Shown: piece after piece, positions 11,020 through 22,947 of the stretch
How the letters are laid out: each line of letters starts with the position of its first letter
Numbering within the stretch: position 1 is the first letter of the stretch
DNA from: Cyanophora paradoxa CCMP329
Taxonomy: Eukaryota > Plantae > Glaucophyta
Direction of reading: 5' to 3'
NCBI GenBank assembly: GCA_004431415.1
Contig: QPMI01000547.1
Coordinates: 1 to 52,425 of the forward strand
DNA length: 52,425 nt
Notes under the pieces: generated by a model
Databases searched by the model: none
Told to the model about the DNA's origin: nothing
Seen by the model: the letters and a program-made list of their open reading frames with translations, nothing else
Position numbers and translations under genes: made by a program

Positions 11020-11949
11020 AGAGAGCCTTCTCATCGCTTCGGCGACCGCCAGGCCCTGGTACCGAGTACTCCGGGGCAATCGCTAGCGCGAACCGTCGGA
11101 CGACGGACGCGGCGCCGGCGATCGCTTAAAAAAGGCCCCGGCCCGATCCGAGCCCATGGCCGGCGGGCATAGTGAACATAGTGCCAAAATGTCGCCCCGA
11201 AATCACGGTTTTTAGAAGGATCGGAAGAAAGCGCGCCCAAGCAGGACCGAGGGGCGGTTCCGGCACGTACCTACTGACTCAGAGCTGCTTGCGCTGGGCC
11301 CGCCGGCCGACGCCATGAGACCCGGTTGAGAGCTCGAATCCCTGCGCGCCGCCTTACAGCGGCCGAGGATGGGGCGAAGGCTGCAGAATTCGATGATGTG
11401 CACCTCGGACAAGCGAAAGCGCGTAGCTAGCGCGCCGCCGGCGCCGCGGGTGAGCCGATGAAGCCAGCGATGTGTACTCCTCGCGTGCGCGGGCGCGGCG
11501 ACGTCGCCTGCCGGGCGGGCGTGGCGCCGCGGGGCTGAGCACGGCGCGCGCACGGACAGAGTCGGGCCCCAGCGCAGCCCGCGCACCGCAGACACTTCAG
11601 ATGCGCGGAAGAGACGATGCTGTCGAGCTCGCCTCCGTGAAAGTCTGACGGCAGATGAGCTGGCCGTGCAGGAAAGAATGCGCGGCGGTTGGCTGCGTGA
11701 GAGCAGACCGGATGGGATGCGACGCGACCCGCGCCGTTATAGTCTGAACAAACAACGAAACGAGGGCGTCCCGCGTCCAGCGAAGCCTCCCGAACAGCGC
11801 GCGCCGCACACACGCGGCGGCCCACCGCCAGCGAAGCCGTCGTCGTCTCGGAACTCTGAGGTCGTACGGAGAGGTAAGTGAGGGCGCGAAGAACGACAGC
11901 GAAGACCGAGGAGCCCACCGCGAGGGATACCAGATCTCTTCTGACGGCG

Positions 11950-13638
11950 ATGGCGCACGCCCCGCTAAACGCCGATCTGGACGCGCTTCTAGAGCTGGCG
12001 AAAGCGGAACTCGACGATGACGATGATGATGGCGATGCTATGGAGCTCGAGGAGGAGGCCGCGGCTGTAGTCGCTGCAGCAGCAGCTAAGGCGGCGGAGC
12101 TTCTGGCGCAGGCGAGGCTCCCCCGCAAGCCGCGAATGTACACATGGTGGAATGAGATGATCGAACGCATCGTGGATGGTTCGCCTGCTTGCTGCAGCCG
12201 CGCGTCGCGCTGTTTGATTGCGATTCTCCCCCCCCCCCCACACACACCCAGCTGAGACCGACTTCGTTCGCAGGCGACTTCGACGCGAAGTTCTTCTGGG
12301 CATTTCGCATGACGCCAACGACTTTCACGTTCATTCACGATCGTATCCAACACAGCGAGGTGTACATCACCACTGGGAATGTCCCACAGCTACCTGTAGA
12401 ACTGCAGCTTGCAATTACATTGAGGAGACTTGGGCAGAGGACAGGCTATGAAGCTCTCCAAGGAGATTTCCCTGTATCACAGGGCTTCATTTCGGAAGGT
12501 CTCTCTTTAGTTCAGTGGCGTTGTTTTCATAATGAGTTCTGATGCGGTTCCACAGCTATCTCCCGCACACAGGCAGCCATATGTGAATATTTTCGAAAGA
12601 CACATATGCAAGATCTGTTTCCCCGTACCCCGGAGCAGAAGGCAAGGGCACGGGCAGGATTTGAGCGCCTCGCAAAGCATTGGAACAAAAGGAATTTTTA
12701 CGCAACGGGGTTCACCAAGTGTGTCGGCGCAGTTGGTACACACAGGCGTGACAGTTGAAGCAAGCAGTTTTGAACTGATCTCTATATTGCGCAGATGGAA
12801 GCATGTTCATTATCGAGAACCCTCCGCAAGAGCATCGATCCAAGTACTTCAGTCGTAAAGGAAGGAAGTCATTGAACGTCCAAGCAGCTTGCAATGCTAA
12901 TGGTCTTTTCAACGACGTTAGTTCTTGTTATATATATATATGATCATGATAACTCAGCACACGTGATCATGTTGGGTCACTGATTACGTATACGTGAACA
13001 GGTGAGCATTAAATACCCTGGCAGCGTGCATGATCAGAGAGTGTATGACAATTCAAGGCTGCACAAGCAGCGGAACACCATCTACAGTGACGGCGATTAC
13101 AGGCTTGTCGACAGAGGGTACCGCATTGAGAAGGGGTGCCTCCCCCCACACAGCATACACGGTGCGTACATGTGCTCATGTTCAGATCTGATCTGACATT
13201 GACGAGCGCACATGCACATGTACAGATCTCGATGATCTTGCAGCCGGCATACTGCAGGCAAAGTTAAACTATGACTTTGTGCATTCCATGTGCAGGAAGG
13301 TCATCGAGCGTGCATTTGGAAGGCTGAAGATGCGATGGCTTGAGCTAGGCATCGGGATCAATCGCAAGCACCTTGGGCGCTCTTGTCAAACCATCTACGT
13401 AAGTACCCCCCTGGAACAAGATATTGAAACCTGACATACAATGGCGCAGGTGTGCTTCCTTCTACACAACATTTGCGAGCTCGGCGATTATCCCTGGCCG
13501 GAGGAAGAGGCCCCGGAGGCAGACGCTCCGGGCGACGTTGAGGGTGCACCTGCGGAAGGACCCCCGAACATCCTTGAGCAGGGTGGGGCACGTGCCGAGC
13601 GGCTATGGCAGGCGGATCACCTGTACGGCATCCAGTAG
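11950..13638 (+). CDS. PIF/Harbinger (HARBI1-like, DDE_Tnp_4-type) transposase, 7 exons, ~425 aa, apparently intact
   Basis: Six in-phase GT-AG introns. Spliced product contains AFRMTPTTF, PVELQLAITLRRLG, KCVGAVDG (D1, split by intron 12736-12794), YFSRKGRKSLNVQA, YPGSVHD, LVDRGY (D2), HSMCRKVIERAFGRLKMRW (E) and CFLLHNIC, all hallmark Harbinger motifs. Confidence 0.95.
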
Positions 13639-13646
13639 CTAAGTAG

Positions 13647-15095
13647 CTAGCTTGAAGCCCATCTGCATCCGCATCGGGCTCGAAGGGCCTCTTGCGGCGC
13701 TTCTCCTTCTCCTCCTTCTCTTTCTTCTCCTTCTCCTTCTTCTCCTTCTCCTTCTGTTCTTTGATCTCGTTCATCTGTGTTCTCGAAATTGACATGAGCA
13801 CGAGTGTATGTGATGCAGCGTGCACCAAAACCGACGGTACTCTGCCTTGTCCGCGGCTTCCTGTTCACGAATGTCATTGCTGCGGCTGAGCTGGTCTCGT
13901 ACCCCTCGACGCTGCTGGAGAGCATAGACATCCCTCAGCTGCCACCTCGGTCGGATTGCGCCTGTTGATCTGATGCTTCGTAATCCCTCGCCAGGCCTAG
14001 GCGGGCGGCCGGGCAGAGCAGGGCTTGACAAGCATGAAGTAAGTATGTGCAAGGCAGTGCTGAAAAGGAAGCAATGCATACCCTGAGCTCGATCCTGGAC
14101 TCCCCTGCCTTGGAACTGGATGGATGTCCTGGGGAAAAAGATGAGAGGGGTACACAGTCAAGGAGGGTGGGCATGTACCCGTCCCCATCTGATTCCATAG
14201 AGAAGGGCGGGTTCAGCTCTGGTGAGTTGCCGAGCCACGGCTTGATTTTCTGCTGAATTCATGAGAACTCGGGCAGAGCTCAATCTTTGAAACACGCACC
14301 ATGTAGTCGCCCTGGGAAAGGAAGTAGTGCCAGGGGAAGTCAGGGTCCGTGAGCTTCTTGCCGCTTGTCTCGGCAGCAAGGTAGATTTTGAACTTGTCGT
14401 GGGCCTTGTTCCAACGGTCCAAGAACTTCACACGCCCGGCCGTAACATCAGCACGTGCAGCCTCGACGAAGGATTTGATGTTCGGCCGCTGGGGAGATTG
14501 TCAGGCAAATAAGCAGAGATGAAGCACCACCGAACACATGTACCAGAGAGCCCTGTCTGAGCCATTCGTCGAAGGCCGAACTGATCACGGCGGGCCTGAG
14601 CTTCTGCTTGCTGCCCGGCTTTTTATTGTCGGCCATTCCCTTGGCGACAATGATACCGACGGCCAGAGTCCATGCCTCTGGATTGTTCTTCCATTCGAAC
14701 CTGCAAACACTTGCCCATGTAAGGTCACCCATGTTAGAAAAAGTCGGGGCTTGGTGCAAAAGCACCGCGCAGTACGCGAAGGGGAAGGTACTGGTGGCAA
14801 GACCATCGTGCCGGGCGATGGCGACCTGCGAGTGAAAGCGTGAGCGCGAGCTCCAGACTAAAGATGAGCATGAGAAGAGCCCACTTAGCAGGCGATGTCC
14901 CGTGCGGCCGAGACGAAGCAGAGCGGCTGCAGAACATCAATTTAAGCGGGGCAAATCGAACGTAAAGCATGCGGAAAGCGCACGGTGCTCCGTTTGGGAA
15001 GTTCTCCGAGGCAGAGGAGATGAGCACCTCCGTCATCGGCGGTTCAACGGGAATCCTGCGGGCGCAATTGAGCATGGCAGAGAGTAGTTCAGTCA
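13647..15095 (-). CDS. Myb/SANT(trihelix)-like DNA-binding partner protein of the Harbinger element; probably 5'-truncated
   Basis: Spliced exons FEWKNNPEAWTLAVG...FDEWLRQGSL | RPNIK...KFLDRWNKAHDKFK...TSG...FPWHYF...YM | KIKPWLGNSPELNPP with spaced Trp residues; KE-rich coiled-coil tail with KRRKR. The assignment rests on this pattern plus the established two-gene Harbinger organisation. Confidence 0.65.
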
Positions 15096-15154
15096 TGGCG
15101 TTGGCTGGTGCGACGAACTTGAAGCAGCTCCTGTGCAAGCGATCGCCGGTCAGA

Positions 15155-18100
15155 GAGCCTTCTCATCGCTTCGGCGACCGCCAGGCCCTGGTACCGAGTA
15201 CTCCGGGGCAATCGCTAGCGCGAACCGTCGGACGACGGACGCGGCGCCGGCGATCGCTTAAAAAAGGCCCCGGCCCGATCCGAGCCCATGGCCGGCGGGC
15301 ATAGTGAACATAGTGCCAAAATGTCGCCCCGAAATCACGGTTTTTAGAAGGATCGGAAGAAAGCGCGCCCAAGCAGGACCGAGGGGCGGTTCCGGCACGT
15401 ACCTACTGACTCAGAGCTGCTTGCGCTGGGCCGCCGGCCGACGCCATGAGACCCGGTTGAGAGCTCGAATCCCTGCGCGCCGCCTTACAGCGGCCGAGGA
15501 TGGGGCGAAGGCTGCAGAATTCGATGATGTGCACCTCGGACAAGCGAAAGCGCGTAGCTAGCGCGCCGCCGGCGCCGCGGGTGAGCCGATGAAGCCAGCG
15601 ATGTGTACTCCTCGCGTGCGCGGGCGCGGCGACGTCGCCTGCCGGGCGGGCGTGGCGCCGCGGGGCTGAGCACGGCGCGCGCACGGCAGTGCACATGCGC
15701 ATCGGGCGGTGTTGACGTTCGCGCGCTGCAGCTGCATGCATGGCGCCGGCCGGGCGCGCGGAAGTTGGTTTTTTTTGCTATTCGTCCCCCTGCGCTTCTC
15801 CCCCCCCTTCATTCCCCCCGAAGTTAGCCACCGGTGGCTAACTTGCGATCGAAGGGTACAGGGATCACCCTCCTGAAATTGATCTCTTACAAAACCAACG
15901 CTGTCGTAGAACCCTACACTATCTGCAAGCGGAATCAGGCAATCTGCAGTCCTACGAAAGCCTTGCACCGCTGCAGGAGCCCTTTTGCCTGCTCTTCGTT
16001 CGCGAAGATGTCAGGATGCCCCGCGCGGGGCGCGCGGAACCACTCTGTGGAGGCGGCCACAAATGGTGCGCATGCTGTGGGATCGCGCAGGTGGTGGCCA
16101 CTGCACACCACCCGGCCCAGCGCGGGGAAAACAGGACCTCCAGGACGCGGTCGACCCGGCACTTCGCTTTGAAAGTAGACCCAGCGGTCGTGCGCGCGTT
16201 CATCTGGTATGCTGGATCAGAGAGCTCGACGATCGCATGCACCACCCTGCAACCAGTGTCATGATCGGCACGCTGCGCAACGACACCGTTACAGATAGAA
16301 AAAGGAAAGGAAAGGAAGAGAAAGTAAGAAAGAGAAGGGGGAAGAAAGACAGAATGAAAGAAAAGAAAGGAAAGGACGCACGGCCAGTGGTCCCACTCCA
16401 GGTTCTTGAAGCTCTTCAGGATGTGCATGATCGCCTCCGGCGTAACGTTCACGTCGTCGAGCCGTCGGACTTCGCATGCGACGGTGCATGCACCTAGGCC
16501 TTGCCGGGCCGTGCACGCCAGGTCTCCGTCGTTGGGTGGGAGTCGGGCAAGAACCTCCACGTATGCGCGCACTGCAGGGCTCGAGGCTCTCGCCCCGCGC
16601 ACCGCAGTTGCGATTTCCGCAACGCTGTCGCGCACTGAACGATAGCCGTTCTCCTCCCGCGTCATTGCGGGAAACATGTGCAGCTTCGCCTTCAGGGTGG
16701 TGCTCATCTGGTTAAGGAAGCGGTTCTCGGTGTTCGCGACTCTGCGACGAGAAATCAGAAAAGACCGCTGACAGAGGACATGACGGGCGGGGTACACATA
16801 CCGTCTGTAGAGCAAGGAGAGGAGGGGTATTGGAATGGGGCGCTCGGCTGTTCCCATCCACACGGCCTTGTTCCGTCGCGTGTACGGTGGGCGGACGTAC
16901 AGCTCGACCTCTTGCTCCACCTCCTCCATAATCCCCTGCGCATTTGGCTGCGAATTGCGTGAGCCGCCGCGACGACGATGGCGCCAGGAACGTGCTCACC
17001 TCCTGTACTTTGTCGACCCTCACCTTGAACGCGGTCGCCCCCAGTTCGTCCACCTCCGGATACTCCTCTCCGGAGCTGTGGGATCGGTCCCGCGGTTCAA
17101 GAGGCGGTGATTGGGGACGTCCGACTTTGCACCGATCTGCTCCAGCGCCGCTGTGACTTGCTTCAGCGCTGGCATGCTGTTGTGTGATACACGGCCTGTC
17201 CCGTACTTCTCCTGCGTCGAAGTTCAGTTCATGTACGTACCCCCCCCACGCTCCCTTACCCCCCGGGCGCACCACTATCTCGGGCTTGGAGCGTATCCTT
17301 GTGAAGGCCTCGTTCTCCGGGTCCTCGCGATAGACAGCCGCCGGATTCGCGAGCGCCTCGTGGCACGCCTGCCAAGAGACCGAAAGGCAGGCACGGTTCG
17401 GTTGTGGGTTAATCGCTAGGGGGTATCGAAGATTCTGTACCTTCAGCGGCCTCGGTGCTGGGTGGGGGGCTGCTCCGGGGTCCTCCCCGGCATCCCGCCT
17501 TGCCTCCCACTGAGCTCGGGCCCTCCTTGCATCTCCGTGTTCATCCTCGTCGATTGCCAGTGCGAGATCGACGAGGCCCTTGAAGATGAGCTGGTTGATG
17601 GTTGTTGCCCACCGTCGGAATCGAGCGATGCGGACAAGGCTTGAGAAGAAGATGCCAATGGAGATGCTGCTCGCTGGCCCGGCAAGCAGGCGCAGGACCT
17701 CCATCCCACTCGTGCGGATGCGCTGCAAAGCCTTTTCGTCGATTGGTCTGCCGGCGCCGCTGTTGACGTTCTTGTTTCCTGTTCCCGACTGGCACTTCTC
17801 CACCAGCCTCTTGACTTCTTCGAACTCCGAGAGACCCGCCCGCGCCTTTCTCTTACGCCCCTTCTCTCTTGGCATCTCTTGCGCCAACATGTCCTCCACA
17901 GCCGCTGCCGTAAGCTCGATACATGCATGCAACCTGTGACAGGAAGATCAGATCAGAAACGATGGCGTACCCCCCCCCCCCCGCGGCCCCCCGCGCACCA
18001 AAGTTGGAGTGACTCGCCTTCGCTTGTCTGCTGTTGCGCTGACTGAAGTAAGCGGATCAGACTTCGGAGCTGCTCCTTTGCTTCTTCTGTTGTGCCTAGA

Positions 18101-20020
18101 TTTAAAGCTTGCTGGCTGAGCCCGAGAGTTGCCTGCATGCGTGGCAGATTGACTTGGGCCTGACCATTCTTAACCTGAGCGTGAAGTTGAGCTCGACGAA
18201 GTACAAGATTTAGATGAAGAATGTCACCTCCAGGAATGCATCAGCAAGAGACTGAGCTCGAGCTGGCTCGCGCTCCATATCTGCCTCTGCAGGTCGCCAG
18301 GCAAGAAGTTGTGTGAGCACCGCTGCAGCTGACCGGATATCGCCATCGACAGGAGCTGCAATGCAGTTAGACCACAACGAAGCGCCACTTAGCAGTCATT
18401 CAAATGCAACTCACAGTAGAAATCAAGCGACTCGCCGCCTGACTGACCAAAGAAGTACAGCTCGATCCATTGGGAGAGGTACAGCTTCGATTGTACAGCA
18501 TACGAGCGGCTATCTGCACGAGGCGCTGCGGGTTCCTGGAACTCCAGAGCCAAGATTACCTGCACACAAAGACACAATCAGCAGATGCAGCAAGCAGCAA
18601 GCATGTCAAACTTGCCAGGTCTATTTCACGCAATCTCCTCTCACGGGCGTAGATCTTGTTCTTGTAGAACCACTTGGCTCGCTCCTTTAGCCAATCGTGA
18701 TGCTTGTCTCGCATTTCCTTGTCCACTTCGAATTGCCCGTGCTCGCCTACAGAACCAAGGCCAAGAAATGCGCACTGCATCGGCATTCAGTACATTCACA
18801 CGATGGAAGAACAATAGAAGCTCACATCAATGTCAATGAGTTCCTCGTAATGCGAAGAACTCTTTGTCTCGTCACCGTTGCCGTCGTTTACATTGCGTGC
18901 AGCCTCTTGCTGGCGTGTCGACTCGAGCGCCACCTAAGATCATATTCAGAACAGAATCGCAAGATAAGTTGCAGTAAGAACTGCACCGAGCTCAAGAATT
19001 GCTTCAGAGCATTGAGCTCGTCCAGGGTCCGGTCCCGGGCCGGTTCGCCGCGAAACCGCACTCGGCAAGACCTAGCCTGAGCTTGAGCCGCCTGTGCTGT
19101 TATCTACACGAGCATGAGCTGACATCATAGGTACTCTGACAAATCCGTGCACCAGATCGAGCCAATCAACACAACTTTGAAATATGTCGCCTCGCTGTTC
19201 TCCATTCGTTTCCACGAACAAGTCCCGCAGCGCTTGCAAGGCTTGAGGTGGGGGCAAGTTGATGAGAACGCCCTCTACGTAGTGCAGCATGGGGTCCAAA
19301 GCTGCACAACATATGAGAGATGCAGCAGTTAGGCCTCCGGGCTCGTGCACCAACATCGTGGCGGCGGTGTACACTGGGTCCGGGGCCGGGGGGAGGGGCA
19401 GGGCCGGGGGGAGGGGCAGGGCCGGGGGGAGGGGCAGGGCCGGGGGGAGGGGCGGGGTCGGGGGGAGATGGAGGGGCGGGGCCCGGGGGATGGGCGGGGT
19501 CGGGGGGAGGGGCGGGGCCGGGGGGAGGGGCGGGGTCGGGGGGAGATGGAGGGGCGGGGCCCGGGGATGGGCGGGGTCGGGGGGAGGGGCGGGGCCGGGG
19601 GGAGGGGCGGGCAGTACCCCTCTCCCCGCGTCGCACCGGCCCCGCCGCGCCGGTCAGCGTGGGGACAAGCTCAAGGCTGGAGCGAGCGCCGCCGCTTGCC
19701 GTGCTGCCCCGAGGCCGCCCCGAGGCCACCACCCGCCGTGCGGCCCGCCAGAAGGGGATTGGGAGATGAGCTGGAGGTCCACTCCATCTCTTCCTCCCCA
19801 AAGAGAGTGCTCCTGGGGTCGACATGCTGCGGAGTCGGGCATAAGACACCGAAAAGCAGCGATCGCTTGGCCAATGAGAAGGCGGTGGACGTCAAGCCCG
19901 CGGCGACCGTTAGAACTGAGAACCCAGAAGCGATCGCCGGCCCAGCAGCTCTTTGTTAGAGGTCGGACTCGCTGGGTATGGCGCCGAACACAAAGCGATC
20001 GCCGAGCAATGAGAAGGCTC
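15155..20020 (+). mobile_element. Form X element (complete, TIR to TIR, ~4.87 kb)
   Basis: Left TIR at 15155, X branch at 15687, right TIR 19995-20020. Confidence 0.9.
15935..19842 (-). CDS. ORF3, spliced unknown protein (start uncertain)
   Basis: Same exon chain as copy 1; long ORFs 16712-17932 and 15952-16929 carry the central exons. Confidence 0.78.
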
Positions 20021-20322
20021 TATGCGCGGGGCAGATCTAGCGATCCAATTGAATAGGGAATCTCTATGCGAGCAAGCTCGCAGCGCTACGGGAGGCGGGC
20101 ACGCACTGCAGGCGTTGGCGTTGGCTGGTGCGACGAACTTGAAGCAGCTCCTGTGCAAGCGATCGCCGGTCTATGCGCGGGGCAGATCTAGCGATCCAAT
20201 TGAATAGGGAATCTCTATGCGAGCAAGCTCGCAGCGCTACGGGAGGCGGGCACGCACTGCAGGCGTTGGCGTTGGCTGGTGCGACGAACTTGAAGCAGCT
20301 CCTGTGCAAGCGATCGCCGGTC
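20021..20322. repeat. Two copies of 151-bp spacer R
   Basis: Identical to 4701-5002. Confidence 0.95.
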
Positions 20323-21252
20323 AGAGAGCCTTCTCATCGCTTCGGCGACCGCCAGGCCCTGGTACCGAGTACTCCGGGGCAATCGCTAGCGCGAACCGTC
20401 GGACGACGGACGCGGCGCCGGCGATCGCTTAAAAAAGGCCCCGGCCCGATCCGAGCCCATGGCCGGCGGGCATAGTGAACATAGTGCCAAAATGTCGCCC
20501 CGAAATCACGGTTTTTAGAAGGATCGGAAGAAAGCGCGCCCAAGCAGGACCGAGGGGCGGTTCCGGCACGTACCTACTGACTCAGAGCTGCTTGCGCTGG
20601 GCCCGCCGGCCGACGCCATGAGACCCGGTTGAGAGCTCGAATCCCTGCGCGCCGCCTTACAGCGGCCGAGGATGGGGCGAAGGCTGCAGAATTCGATGAT
20701 GTGCACCTCGGACAAGCGAAAGCGCGTAGCTAGCGCGCCGCCGGCGCCGCGGGTGAGCCGATGAAGCCAGCGATGTGTACTCCTCGCGTGCGCGGGCGCG
20801 GCGACGTCGCCTGCCGGGCGGGCGTGGCGCCGCGGGGCTGAGCACGGCGCGCGCACGGACAGAGTCGGGCCCCAGCGCAGCCCGCGCACCGCAGACACTT
20901 CAGATGCGCGGAAGAGACGATGCTGTCGAGCTCGCCTCCGTGAAAGTCTGACGGCAGATGAGCTGGCCGTGCAGGAAAGAATGCGCGGCGGTTGGCTGCG
21001 TGAGAGCAGACCGGATGGGATGCGACGCGACCCGCGCCGTTATAGTCTGAACAAACAACGAAACGAGGGCGTCCCGCGTCCAGCGAAGCCTCCCGAACAG
21101 CGCGCGCCGCACACACGCGGCGGCCCACCGCCAGCGAAGCCGTCGTCGTCTCGGAACTCTGAGGTCGTACGGAGAGGTAAGTGAGGGCGCGAAGAACGAC
21201 AGCGAAGACCGAGGAGCCCACCGCGAGGGATACCAGATCTCTTCTGACGGCG

Positions 21253-22939
21253 ATGGCGCACGCCCCGCTAAACGCCGATCTGGACGCGCTTCTAGAGCTG
21301 GCGAAAGCGGAACTCGACGATGACGATGATGATGGCGATGCTATGGAGCTCGAGGAGGAGGCCGCGGCTGTAGTCGCTGCAGCAGCAGCTAAGGCGGCGG
21401 AGCTTCTGGCGCAGGCGAGGCTCCCCCGCAAGCCGCGAATGTACACATGGTGGAATGAGATGATCGAACGCATCGTGGATGGTTCGCCTGCTTGCTGCAG
21501 CCGCGCGTCGCGCTGTTTGATTGCGATTCTCCCCCCCCCCCCCACACACCCAGCTGAGACCGACTTCGTTCGCAGGCGACTTCGACGCGAAGTTCTTCTG
21601 GGCATTTCGCATGACGCCAACGACTTTCACGTTCATTCACGATCGTATCCAACACAGCGAGGTGTACATCACCACTGGGAATGTCCCACAGCTACCTGTA
21701 GAACTGCAGCTTGCAATTACATTGAGGAGACTTGGGCAGAGGACAGGCTATGAAGCTCTCCAAGGAGATTTCCCTGTATCACAGGGCTTCATTTCGGAAG
21801 GTCTCTCTTTAGTTCAGTGGCGTTGTTTTCATAATGAGTTCTGATGCGGTTCCACAGCTATCTCCCGCACACAGGCAGCCATATGTGAATATTTTCGAAA
21901 GACACATATGCAAGATCTGTTTCCCCGTACCCCGGAGCAGAAGGCAAGGGCACGGGCAGGATTTGAGCGCCTCGCAAAGCATTGGAACAAAAGGAATTTT
22001 TACGCAACGGGGTTCACCAAGTGTGTCGGCGCAGTTGGTACACACAGGCGTGACAGTTGAAGCAAGCAGTTTTGAACTGATCTCTATATTGCGCAGATGG
22101 AAGCATGTTCATTATCGAGAACCCTCCGCAAGAGCATCGATCCAAGTACTTCAGTCGTAAAGGAAGGAAGTCATTGAACGTCCAAGCAGCTTGCAATGCT
22201 AATGGTCTTTTCAACGACGTTAGTTCTTGTTATATATATATATGATCATGATAACTCAGCACACGTGATCATGTTGGGTCACTGATTACGTATACGTGAA
22301 CAGGTGAGCATTAAATACCCTGGCAGCGTGCATGATCAGAGAGTGTATGACAATTCAAGGCTGCACAAGCAGCGGAACACCATCTACAGTGACGGCGATT
22401 ACAGGCTTGTCGACAGAGGGTACCGCATTGAGAAGGGGTGCCTCCCCCACACAGCATACACGGTGCGTACATGTGCTCATGTTCAGATCTGATCTGACAT
22501 TGACGAGCGCACATGCACATGTACAGATCTCGATGATCTTGCAGCCGGCATACTGCAGGCAAAGTTAAACTATGACTTTGTGCATTCCATGTGCAGGAAG
22601 GTCATCGAGCGTGCATTTGGAAGGCTGAAGATGCGATGGCTTGAGCTAGGCATCGGGATCAATCGCAAGCACCTTGGGCGCTCTTGTCAAACCATCTACG
22701 TAAGTACCCCCCTGGAACAAGATATTGAAACCTGACATACAATGGCGCAGGTGTGCTTCCTTCTACACAACATTTGCGAGCTCGGCGATTATCCCTGGCC
22801 GGAGGAAGAGGCCCCGGAGGCAGACGCTCCGGGCGACGTTGAGGGTGCACCTGCGGAAGGACCCCCGAACATCCTTGAGCAGGGTGGGGCACGTGCCGAG
22901 CGGCTATGGCAGGCGGATCACCTGTACGGCATCCAGTAG
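21253..22939 (+). CDS. PIF/Harbinger DDE transposase (one C-run 1-bp deletion near 22445, probably a sequencing error)
   Basis: Same 7 exons and DDE motifs as 11950-13638. Confidence 0.9.
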
Positions 22940-22947
22940 CTAAGTAG

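Larger units (their letters stand above)
11023..15095 (+). mobile_element. Form Y element: left TIR + S + transposase + convergent Myb/SANT-like gene; no right TIR; runs into the last 56 bp of R (15096-15151)
   Basis: Two-gene layout typical of PIF/Harbinger. Ends ...GTTCAGTCA|TGGCGTTGGCTGGTGCG, then AGA and the next left TIR at 15155. Confidence 0.88.

Noticed and set aside
21253-22939. Calling frameshifted transposase or ORF3 copies true pseudogenes
   Set aside because: Shifts fall mostly in homopolymers and differ copy to copy, as expected of long-read error; only junction-truncated copies were labelled pseudogenes.
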